Origin: a bacterium
Lineage (GTDB): Bacteria; Krumholzibacteriota; Krumholzibacteriia; G020349025
Direction of reading: 5' to 3'
DNA: 64,000 nucleotides
Assembly (NCBI GenBank): GCA_031362565.1
Contig: JANLSU010000103.1
Coordinates: 43,321 to 107,320, forward strand
Positions within the stretch are counted from its first letter, which is position 1; each line of letters begins with the position of its first letter. Position numbers and translations under genes: made by a program. Below are positions 27,910 to 36,053 of the stretch, one piece after another. Below the pieces are notes generated by a model. It was not told the origin of the DNA. It was given only the letters and a program-made list of their open reading frames with translations, and did not search any database.

Positions 27910-29622
27910 ATGACGCAGGGATTTGCGCGCGCCACCTTCACGGGTGTGCTGCCGCGCGACGTAGTGTTTCCGTATCCCGAGATGCGCCCCGAAGACGCCG
28001 AGGTCGTCGGGATGCTGGTCGATTCGATTCGCAAGTACGCTTCCGAACACATCGACGATGCGCGCATCGACTCCGAAAGCCGCATGCCGCGCGAGATTCT
28101 GACCACCCTCGCCGAACTCGGCATCATGGGCATGATCGTTCCCGAGGCCTACGGCGGTTCGGGAATGAGTGTGACGGCCTACTGCCGCGTGTTGGAAGAG
28201 ATCGCCTACTACTCGGGCGCGGTCGCCGTAACGGTTGGCGCGCACCAGTCCATCGGCATGAAGGCGATTTTGCTCTATGGCACCGATGTGCAGAAGCGCG
28301 CCGTGTTGCCCAAGCTTGCTACGGGCGAGGAATTCGCCGCCTTCGCGCTCACCGAGCCGGGTGCCGGAAGCGATGCCGGCAGTGTGCAGACGACGGCGAC
28401 GCTGACTCCGGAAGGCGACTTCTGGGTCCTGAACGGCACGAAGCAGTGGATCACCAACGCCGGGTTCGCCGACGTGTTCACGGTCTTTGCGCGCACCGAC
28501 AGCACCGGGACGCAATCGACCGGCAAAGCCATCTCGTGTTTCATCGTCCGCCGCGACACGCCGGGCGTCACGGTGGGGCCGCCGGAGAAAAAAGTTGGGC
28601 TGCGCGGTTCGGAGACCAACGAAGTGCATTTCGAGTCGGTGCGGGTACCGGCCGGCAATCTCCTGGGTGAAGTCGGCAGCGGCTTCAAGATCGCCATGTC
28701 GGTGCTCAACGAAGGGCGGCTCGGGCTCGCGTCGGGCTGCGTCGGCGCGTCGCGCCGGCTCCTGCAGCAAACGGTGGCGTACGCCAACCAGCGCCGGCAA
28801 TTCGGCCAATCCATCGGCAGTTTCGAGATCATCAAGGAAAAGCTCGCCCATATGGCGGCGCGCACCTATGTCATGGAAAGCTCCGCCTATCTGACCGCCG
28901 GCATCGCCGACCGCGGCGTCAAGGACATCAGCATCGAAGCCGCCATCTGCAAGGTGATGGGCAGCGAGACTCTGTGGTACGTGGTCAACGAAGCCATTCA
29001 GATTCACGGTGGCAACGGCTTCATGGAAGAGTTTCCGTTCGGCCGGGTCATGCGGGATGCGCGGATCAATCTCATCTTCGAGGGCACGAACGAAATCCTG
29101 CGGGTCTTCATCGCCGGCATGGGCGTCAAGGGTCCGGGCGAGGAACTGCGCCTCGTGGCGCACGCGTTGCGCCACCCGGCGCGTGAGATGGGCGTTCTGT
29201 CGCACTACTTCGGGCGGCGCATCGAGCGGCGGTTCTTGCGTGATCGCCTCCGCGACCTGCGCCCCGAACTCGACGAGTGTGCACGCGGCATCGAGCGCGT
29301 CGTGCAGCAACTGCCGCGGCGCGTCGAAACGTTACTGCGGGTCCATGGCCGCGACTTCGCGACCCGCCAATACCTCATGAAGCGGATCGCCGATGTGGCG
29401 ATCGACACCTACGGCATGGTTGCTGCGACCTCGCGCACGAATTCCTTGCTCGAGCGCGGTGAACCGGCGACCCAGGAACTGGCGATGACCCGCTTCTGGT
29501 GCCGCAAGGCGATCCGGCGGATCCGGCGCAACATGCGGGGACTGGTCGTCAATAGCGACGCTCTCACGACCGATGTCGCCGATGGGATCCTGTCGGCGCC
29601 ACTCTGGTTCGATCGCACCTGA
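27910..29622 (+). CDS. Acyl-CoA dehydrogenase (long, ACAD9/VLCAD-like)
   Basis: FALTEPGAGSD, NGTKQWITN, RRQFG, QIHGGNGF, IFEGTNEI, and a C-terminal extension. Confidence 0.93.
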   Translation: MTQGFARATFTGVLPRDVVFPYPEMRPEDAEVVGMLVDSIRKYASEHIDDARIDSESRMPREILTTLAELGIMGMIVPEAYGGSGMSVTAYCRVLEEIAYYSGAVAVTVGAHQSIGMKAILLYGTDVQKRAVLPKLATGEEFAAFALTEPGAGSDAGSVQTTATLTPEGDFWVLNGTKQWITNAGFADVFTVFARTDSTGTQSTGKAISCFIVRRDTPGVTVGPPEKKVGLRGSETNEVHFESVRVPAGNLLGEVGSGFKIAMSVLNEGRLGLASGCVGASRRLLQQTVAYANQRRQFGQSIGSFEIIKEKLAHMAARTYVMESSAYLTAGIADRGVKDISIEAAICKVMGSETLWYVVNEAIQIHGGNGFMEEFPFGRVMRDARINLIFEGTNEILRVFIAGMGVKGPGEELRLVAHALRHPAREMGVLSHYFGRRIERRFLRDRLRDLRPELDECARGIERVVQQLPRRVETLLRVHGRDFATRQYLMKRIADVAIDTYGMVAATSRTNSLLERGEPATQELAMTRFWCRKAIRRIRRNMRGLVVNSDALTTDVADGILSAPLWFDRT

Positions 29623-29630
29623 CCAAACCC

Positions 29631-30215
29631 TCACGCTTGTGGCGGGTGCGCCGGGCGTGTACCGCGTGGCCGCGGCCAGCGCGGCGACACGGTGCGATAG
29701 ATCGCTTGGATCACGGCTGCCGACGCGCCGCCGGCCAGGAACCCCACCAGCACATCCGCCGGGTAGTGCACCCCGACATAGCAGCGCGAGTAGCCGACGG
29801 CGAACGCCGTCAGGCCGAGTGGAATGCGCCAACGCCGGTAGAAGAACATGAAGTGCACGGCCGCCGCCGCCGAGTTCGCCGCATGTGAACTGGGCATCGA
29901 CCACGAGCCGGAGCACCCGGCGAGCAAATGCACGTGCTCCAGCACGTGGCATGGGCGCACGCGGTGAAACGCATCTTTCAGGAAATGGCTCGAGAGTTGA
30001 TCGGAGAGGGCGATCAACGGAATGACGAGCAACGCCGCCCAGCGTTCGCGCCGCTTCCCGAACACCAGCAGCAGCACGAAGACGATGACGAACAGCACTT
30101 TGAAGTTACCGTCGCTGGAGAGAAACGGCATCAGGCGATCGAAGAGGCCGTTCTGCCAGGCGCCGTTGACGCGCTCGAAGAGGGCGCGGTCGGCAGACGC
30201 GAGAGTTTCGAGCAC
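29631..30215 (-). CDS. PAP2 family membrane phosphatase (undecaprenyl-PP phosphatase-like)
   Basis: K....RVRP, PSSH and SRCYVGVHYPAD motifs. Start position uncertain. Confidence 0.88.
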   Translation of the reverse strand: MLETLASADRALFERVNGAWQNGLFDRLMPFLSSDGNFKVLFVIVFVLLLVFGKRRERWAALLVIPLIALSDQLSSHFLKDAFHRVRPCHVLEHVHLLAGCSGSWSMPSSHAANSAAAAVHFMFFYRRWRIPLGLTAFAVGYSRCYVGVHYPADVLVGFLAGGASAAVIQAIYRTVSPRWPRPRGTRPAHPPQA

Positions 30216-30328
30216 TGGGCGTCCGAATCGCAAAAGAACACGGCGGGTCCCCGGCGCCACCGCACCTTAAACACTGGTGTCAGCGGTGCGCAAGCCGCAG
30301 GCAGGCCGCTACGCCGCCCCGCGGGGGC

Positions 30329-30356
30329 TTGCCGCCGCCCGGATGCATGCTAGAAT
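30329..30356 (+). promoter_or_regulatory. Candidate sigma70 promoter of the queE operon
   Basis: TTGCCG-N16-TAGAAT with an extended -10 TG. Confidence 0.5.
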
Positions 30357-30474
30357 GACCGCACGGGACGCGATCCCCGCACAATTCTCGCCGAGGCCAC
30401 GGCGTGGCCGGAACAGAATCGGCGCGACAAACGGGGGCCCACGAGGCCCTTTCCCTTATCGTCCTGGAGACGGT

Positions 30475-31122
30475 ATGGACGGACGCTTGCGCGTCAACGA
30501 GATCTTCTATTCCGTGCAGGGCGAATCGACGCATGCGGGGCGTCCGTGTGTCTTCGTACGGTTGACCGGTTGTCCGTTGCGCTGCACCTACTGCGACACG
30601 GCCTACGCGTTCCATGACGGGCGCTGGATGACGCTCGACGATGTGCTGGATGCGGCCGGCGCGCACCCGTGCCGGCTGGTCGAAGTCACCGGTGGCGAAC
30701 CGCTCGCGCAACCGGCGACGCTCGCACTGCTGGCAGCGCTCGTGGAGCGCCAGTACGAAGTCCTGCTCGAAACGAGTGGCGCGTTGCCGATTGCGGCCGT
30801 GCCGGCGGGCGTGCGGCGCATCGTCGACTTCAAGACGCCGGACTCGGGTGAATCGCACCGCAATGATTGGACGAATGTCACGGCGTTGCGAACTGGGGAC
30901 GAAGTGAAATTCGTCATCGGCTCGCGCCGCGACTACGAATGGGCCCGCGAGATCATTCGCGAGCACGCACTCGACGCGCGCGTGCCGGTTCTCCTGTCGC
31001 CGGTTTGGGAGAGTGGCATCGAGCGCGATCTGGCCGCCTGGATGCTCGCCGATGGCCTGCCGGCGCGGTATCAGATCCAACTTCACAAGTGGATTTGGCC
31101 CGGCGTCTTGCGCGGGGTGTGA
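30475..31122 (+). CDS. queE: 7-carboxy-7-deazaguanine synthase (radical SAM)
   Basis: EIFYSVQGE, FVRLTGCPLRCTYCDT, TGGEP, ETSG, D.K.P.SG and C-terminal QLHKWIW. GGAG RBS. Confidence 0.92.
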   Translation: MDGRLRVNEIFYSVQGESTHAGRPCVFVRLTGCPLRCTYCDTAYAFHDGRWMTLDDVLDAAGAHPCRLVEVTGGEPLAQPATLALLAALVERQYEVLLETSGALPIAAVPAGVRRIVDFKTPDSGESHRNDWTNVTALRTGDEVKFVIGSRRDYEWAREIIREHALDARVPVLLSPVWESGIERDLAAWMLADGLPARYQIQLHKWIWPGVLRGV

Positions 31123-31125
31123 CAC

Positions 31126-32481
31126 GTGTCCGAGTTTCAGCCATTGCTTGCGGATCTTCGCACCCCGCCCCCGGGGCCGCGCTCGCGCGCCTTGGCCGGG
31201 CGGCTCGAACGAGTCGAATGCCCGGACACGACGTTTCTTTCGGATCGCTTCCCGGTGTTCTGGGAACGTGCGTCCGGGGCGAACGTTTGGGATGTGGACG
31301 GCAATCGGTACATTGATTTGACCGCTGCCTTTGGCGTGGCGCTTCTTGGACACGGCCATCCGGATGTCATTGACGCGCTGCGCACGCAGGCGACGCGTCT
31401 CGTGCATGGCATGGGCGACGTTCATCCCACTGAACTCAAAGTCGAGGTCGCGGAGCGGTTGGCGGCACTCGCACCCGGTGGGCACGGTGTGACGTTGTTC
31501 GGCAACGCCGGTTTCGAGGCGGTCGAAGCGGCGCTCAAGACGGCGGCGCTCGCGACGGGGCGTCCCGGTGTGCTGGCGTTCGAAGGTGCGTACCATGGGC
31601 TCGGGATGGGTGCGCTCGCCACGACCTGGCGCGAAGAGTTTCGCGCCCCGTTTCGCGCTCAGTTGAATCTACACGTCACGCACGTGCCGTATCCCGCCGG
31701 CCGCGGGGTCGGTAGCGCCGCCGACGCTGGGCGTGCGCTGGATGCGGTCGATAGGTTGCTCGGCTCATCGGATGGCGCCAACATCGGTGCGGTGCTCGTC
31801 GAACCCGTGCAGGGGCGCGGCGGCATTCGGATTCCACATGCGAGTTTTCTCACCGGCCTGCGTGAGGTCTGTACGCGGCGCGGCCGGCTACTCATCGTCG
31901 ATGAAATTCTCACCGGTCTCGGGCGCACCGGCCGCTGGTTCGCGTGTGAATACTCGAATGTCGTGCCGGATCTGCTGTGCGTCGGCAAGGCGCTGGCCGG
32001 CGGGCTGCCGTTGTCGGCGTGCATCGGCACTCCGGCTGTCATGGCGAGCTGGGGCCGATCGACGGGCGAAGCGCGCCACACCTCGACGTTTCTTGGCAAT
32101 CCCATGGCGTGCGCTGCTGCCATTGCGACTCTCGATGCGTTGGCGCGCCTGGATGCGCCGCGGGTGGCGATCGAGCGCGGGGCGCGGCTTGGACGCCTCT
32201 TGGCCGGGCTCGGGGCGCATCCCGGCGTCGCGGACGTGCGTGGGTTGGGATTCTTGTTTGGCGTGGAACTGGTGTCAGCGGAGGGTTCTCCCGACGGGGC
32301 GGGCTGTTTCGACGTTGTCTGCGCCGCGCTGCAACAGGGAGTCCTGGTGCTCGGCGACGGCAGTGACGGCAACGTGCTCGCCTGCATGCCGCCGCTCTGT
32401 CTCGCCGATGAACCGATGGATGCGGCCGTCGCGGCTCTTGACGCGGCGCTCGAGATGCGTGCCGCGGGGAGCGCTCCATGA
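31126..32481 (+). CDS. Class III PLP-dependent aminotransferase
   Basis: WDVDGNRYID, GAYHG, EPVQGRGG, DEILTGLGRTG, PDLLCVGKALAGG and HTSTFLGNP. Confidence 0.92.
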   Translation: MSEFQPLLADLRTPPPGPRSRALAGRLERVECPDTTFLSDRFPVFWERASGANVWDVDGNRYIDLTAAFGVALLGHGHPDVIDALRTQATRLVHGMGDVHPTELKVEVAERLAALAPGGHGVTLFGNAGFEAVEAALKTAALATGRPGVLAFEGAYHGLGMGALATTWREEFRAPFRAQLNLHVTHVPYPAGRGVGSAADAGRALDAVDRLLGSSDGANIGAVLVEPVQGRGGIRIPHASFLTGLREVCTRRGRLLIVDEILTGLGRTGRWFACEYSNVVPDLLCVGKALAGGLPLSACIGTPAVMASWGRSTGEARHTSTFLGNPMACAAAIATLDALARLDAPRVAIERGARLGRLLAGLGAHPGVADVRGLGFLFGVELVSAEGSPDGAGCFDVVCAALQQGVLVLGDGSDGNVLACMPPLCLADEPMDAAVAALDAALEMRAAGSAP

Positions 32482-33674
32482 ATGCTTCGCAAGCAGCACG
32501 CGATCCCGAAGCCGAGCGGCTCGATGCGCGCCTCCGCGACTGGATGACGACGGCACCGGCGGGGTTCACGCAGGCGGGCCGAAACCTTGGGGCACGCTAC
32601 GGGCTCGATGCGGCGGGAGCCACGCGACTCGATCGTGAGTTCGATGCACTGGCCCTCGATCTGTTCGAATATCAAACCAATCGCATCGAAGTGTATCGAA
32701 CCTTTGCCGCGGCCGGCGACCGGCGCGCGACTCCGCAGCGTGCCGTCGATGTGCCGGCACTGCCGCTCGTGGCCTTCAAACAGGCACGGGTTGCGGCTTT
32801 CCCGCCGGCGCGCGAGTGCGCGGTATTCCACACGAGCGGCACCACCGACGGCCGGCCGGGAAAGCTCCATCTCGACGACTTGTCGCTCTATGAACTGTCG
32901 CTTGCCCGCGGCTTTCGCCATCACGTGCTGCCCGACTTAGATCGCATCCGTATGTTGCTCGTAGTCGGTACGGCCCGCGAGATGCCACACTCGTCACTCG
33001 CCTACATGCTCGACCACGTGCGCCAGTTGTGGGGTACGGCCGAGAGTGGACATTTTGTTCAGGATGGCAAAGTGCAGTACGCGGCGTTCGTGGCCGCAGT
33101 GCGCTTGGCGTGCCGTGATCGCGAGCCTGTGTGTTTGATGGGCACAGCGCTCGCGTGGGTCCAAATCCTGGACGCGTGTGCAGCCGAAGGCTTTCGCGTC
33201 GTGCTTCCCGAGGGTAGCCGGGTCTTCGAAACGGGCGGCTATAAGGGACGTACTCGAGAGTTGTCCCGCGCCGACCTCGCGGCGGGCTTCGAACCGCATT
33301 TCGGCATTCCGGCAACGCATGTCGTGAGTGAATACGGTATGACCGAGATGGCGTCGCAGTACTACACGACATCGTTGCGTGCCGCACTTCTCGACACGCC
33401 GCTCGACCAGGCAGTGTGGTCGCACCCCGCGTGGCTGCGCCCGCATTGGCTCGATCCCGAGCGCGGCACTCTGTTGGAGGTTGCGGAGGCGAGCGGCATC
33501 GGGCTGCTGGCCCATCACGATCTCGCGAATCGTGGCAGCGTTGCGCATCTGTTGACCGCCGATCTGGGCAGCGCGCACGACGCGGGCTTTGACCTCGCCG
33601 GGCGATGTCCGCAAGCCGACCCGCGCGGGTGTGGACTCGTGTACGAAACGTTGCCGCTGGTGCGGGCGCCGTGA
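32478..33674 (+). CDS. LuxE-like acyl-protein synthetase (adenylating)
   Basis: VFHTSGTT P-loop, ETGGYKG, EYGMTE, DLAN, T.DLG and C-terminal GR....PRGC with the LuxE-type acyl-accepting Cys. ATGA overlap with the aminotransferase. Confidence 0.82.
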   Translation: MNASQAARDPEAERLDARLRDWMTTAPAGFTQAGRNLGARYGLDAAGATRLDREFDALALDLFEYQTNRIEVYRTFAAAGDRRATPQRAVDVPALPLVAFKQARVAAFPPARECAVFHTSGTTDGRPGKLHLDDLSLYELSLARGFRHHVLPDLDRIRMLLVVGTAREMPHSSLAYMLDHVRQLWGTAESGHFVQDGKVQYAAFVAAVRLACRDREPVCLMGTALAWVQILDACAAEGFRVVLPEGSRVFETGGYKGRTRELSRADLAAGFEPHFGIPATHVVSEYGMTEMASQYYTTSLRAALLDTPLDQAVWSHPAWLRPHWLDPERGTLLEVAEASGIGLLAHHDLANRGSVAHLLTADLGSAHDAGFDLAGRCPQADPRGCGLVYETLPLVRAP

Positions 33675-35017
33675 CTCGCCGGCGACTGGCGCATCTGCCA
33701 GGCCTCGCGGGCGAACACGATTGGCGCCCGCTCGGTGACCTCCAGTTCGATACGCCAGTGCTTGCCGCGGCCGATGTTCGCACCGTTTGGACCGCGATCG
33801 CGACCGCAAGCCGTGCATGGCGCGCGCGCCCGCTCGCCGAGCGCCTTGATCGATTGGCGGCGGTCGCGGCGTGGTTGCGGACCGAAGGCCCTGGTCCAGA
33901 AGCAGACGCACTCGTTCGTACAACAGGATTGTCATCGGCCGGGCTTGCCGCAGCATGGGACGCGACGTTCGCACCGTCCACACTCGCTGCGCTCGCGGCA
34001 GCAATCGACGCTGAAGGTTTGTGGGACCGGCTCGAGGCCCCCGGCGCCGACGTTGGACCCGTCGTGCATGTCGTGGCCGGTAACGTCATGCCCGCAACAT
34101 GGACGATGCTCGTTCGCGGCTGGCTCGTCGGGGCGCCGCAGTGGCTGCGTCCCGCGAGCCGCGAACCGCTCTTCCCGATCATTGTTGCGGCGCGATTGCA
34201 AGCGCTCGCGCCGGAATTGGCGGCGACATTCGCGGTGACCTGGTGGCTGCACGGCGACGATACTGTCGAACGGCACGTGCTCGAAGCGGCTCATGTCGTG
34301 ACAGTGCAGGGCGACGATCCGGCGATTGCTGCGGTGCGGGCGCGTGTGCAAGCGGTCGCGGAACAAGCGCGCTGCGTTGCCTATGGACCACGCTGGAGCG
34401 CGGCGCTCGTCGCCGAGGCAGCGCAAACGCCGGACAATGCCGCCCGGTTGGTGCAGGACATGGCGCTTTTCGACCAACAAGGTTGCCTCTCGCCGTCGAT
34501 CATCCTCGCCGAAGACGGTCCGCGTCTCGAAGCATGGTGCGGTGAACTTGCGGCCGCGCTCCAGGCAGCGGAGACGCGTTTGCCACGCGGCAACGTGGAT
34601 GCGACGCGAAGCGCTGGACTTCGTCTGTGGCGGGAGTCGGCGCGCCTCGGAATTGCGCTCAGGACGGTACGGCAGTTGTGGGAAAGTTCAGGTTCGTCAG
34701 CGTGGGCCGTGGCGCTCACGGCGCCGGGCGCGTCGCTCGCTTCGCCGCTCGACCGCCATGTCGTCGTGATGCCAGTGGGCAACACCGCTGGCGCCGCGCA
34801 AGAGTCGATCGATGTCGTGCGTGCGGCCCTCGGCCCGCGTTTGGTGCGGTTGCAAGGGCTTGGCGTCGACACCACGGGTTGGTCGGCAGAGACGCGTGAC
34901 GCCTGGGTCGCAGCCCTCGATGCAGCGCATGTCGCGCCGCTCGGAACCCTGCAATGGGCGCCACCCGGCTGGCGCCAGGATCATCACCCGCCGCTCGGTT
35001 CACTGCTCAAGTCGTAA
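33671..35017 (+). CDS. LuxC-like acyl-CoA/acyl-protein reductase (aldehyde dehydrogenase fold)
   Basis: HVVAGNV, QGDD.AI, YGPRWS, FDQQGCLSP (LuxC catalytic Cys motif), and a C-terminal G..Q.....W.QD. GTGA overlap with the luxE-like gene. Confidence 0.8.
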   Translation: MTRRRLAHLPGLAGEHDWRPLGDLQFDTPVLAAADVRTVWTAIATASRAWRARPLAERLDRLAAVAAWLRTEGPGPEADALVRTTGLSSAGLAAAWDATFAPSTLAALAAAIDAEGLWDRLEAPGADVGPVVHVVAGNVMPATWTMLVRGWLVGAPQWLRPASREPLFPIIVAARLQALAPELAATFAVTWWLHGDDTVERHVLEAAHVVTVQGDDPAIAAVRARVQAVAEQARCVAYGPRWSAALVAEAAQTPDNAARLVQDMALFDQQGCLSPSIILAEDGPRLEAWCGELAAALQAAETRLPRGNVDATRSAGLRLWRESARLGIALRTVRQLWESSGSSAWAVALTAPGASLASPLDRHVVVMPVGNTAGAAQESIDVVRAALGPRLVRLQGLGVDTTGWSAETRDAWVAALDAAHVAPLGTLQWAPPGWRQDHHPPLGSLLKS

Positions 35018-35026
35018 GAACTGGGC

Positions 35027-35365
35027 CTACCGCACCGACATGCGCAGCGCGTCGTCTTCCGAGGCTGCGAGGTCGAGCTTGGCGGCGACGTTGGTGCATT
35101 CGAACAGACGCAGCGCGGAGTCGCGGGCGCCGGTCAGACTGAAACGGCGGGCGCCGCTTCGGGCCCGCTGCTGGATCCGGAAGAGATAGGCGAGGGCGTC
35201 CGCGTCGACGCGTTCGACGTCCTGCAGGTTGAGCACGACATCGCGCGCGGTGGGAGCGAGTTCCTTGTCGATTTCGCCCAACAATTCGCGCGCCGCGGCG
35301 CGGGTCAGGTCGCCCCGGACGCGGACGACGAGCGCCTCATCCACGGCTTGAATTCGAATCTGCAT
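35027..35365 (-). CDS. STAS domain protein (anti-sigma factor antagonist-like)
   Basis: VVRVRGDL, VVLNLQDVERVDADAL and LRLFECT. GAGGAGG RBS. Confidence 0.82.
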   Translation of the reverse strand: MQIRIQAVDEALVVRVRGDLTRAAARELLGEIDKELAPTARDVVLNLQDVERVDADALAYLFRIQQRARSGARRFSLTGARDSALRLFECTNVAAKLDLAASEDDALRMSVR

Positions 35366-35529
35366 GTCGCCTCCTCGCTCGGTTCCTTGGAGTATCGTCC
35401 GGTCTGCGGGCCAACGAGGGGGTATCCAGGAACGACAACTACTGTAGCCCACCACGCTGGCAGCCTGCAACAAGCGGCGACCGCCGCCTCCCCGTCCGCC
35501 CAAGGGCTTGCCCGGGCCCCCCGCTCGCA

Positions 35530-35545
35530 GGCAGCCCGCGTGCCA
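35530..35545 (-). promoter_or_regulatory. Candidate sigma54 promoter upstream of the STAS gene
   Basis: TGGCACGCGGGCTGCC, GG-N10-GC, intergenic. Confidence 0.45.
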
Positions 35546-35561
35546 GGCGCCAGGCCGCGCC

Positions 35562-36053
35562 CTAGGCTTCGAGCTGGGTTTCGCAGCGCCCGCTTTGACC
35601 CGGGGATTCCTCGACCGTGGCGGCGAAGGCCACGACGCCGCCCGAGCGGAGCGCGTCGTGCAATCGCTCGACGAGGGTGGTGCAAAAATACTGGGCGAGA
35701 CACTCGCAGCTGACATTGGGCACCGGGAGGATGGTGCAGTCTTCGGCGGGGAGTACGTAGCGCTTGCCGCGGCACCGCACTTCGATCTCGCCGTCCCGCG
35801 AAGTGATTTGGAGATCGGCGGCCGCACCGGGCAAGAGCAGAGTCTCATCGAGTTCGGCGCACAGGCGCCGCGCTTCGACCTTCACGGTGCCGAAGTCGAC
35901 GAGCAGGCCATGCTGCAGTGTCTTAGCGCGCAGCGTGAGTTGCACGCGGTAATTGTGGCCATGCAGGCGTTCCATGGCCGACTCGAACAATGTGAAGTGG
36001 GCGCTGGAGAACTTCATGTCCTCCTTGCCCAGCGAGATCTCGTGGATTTGCAT
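35562..36053 (-). CDS. 6-pyruvoyl-tetrahydropterin synthase (PTPS/QueD) family protein with a Glu-type (PTPS-III-like) active site
   Basis: FSSAHF, MERLHGHNY, G.LVDF, LD, S.E.LA and VEESP. TGATG overlap with the upstream gene. Confidence 0.85.
   Translation of the reverse strand: MQIHEISLGKEDMKFSSAHFTLFESAMERLHGHNYRVQLTLRAKTLQHGLLVDFGTVKVEARRLCAELDETLLLPGAAADLQITSRDGEIEVRCRGKRYVLPAEDCTILPVPNVSCECLAQYFCTTLVERLHDALRSGGVVAFAATVEESPGQSGRCETQLEA

Noticed and set aside
32478..35017. Bioluminescence (lux) operon
   Set aside because: There is no luxA, luxB, luxD or luxG. LuxC/LuxE homologues occur widely in non-luminous bacteria.
30475..36053. Dpd-type 7-deazaguanine DNA modification or defence island
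   Set aside because: No dpdA/tgt-like gene, other dpd genes or mobility genes are in the window. The flanks are housekeeping genes of similar composition.
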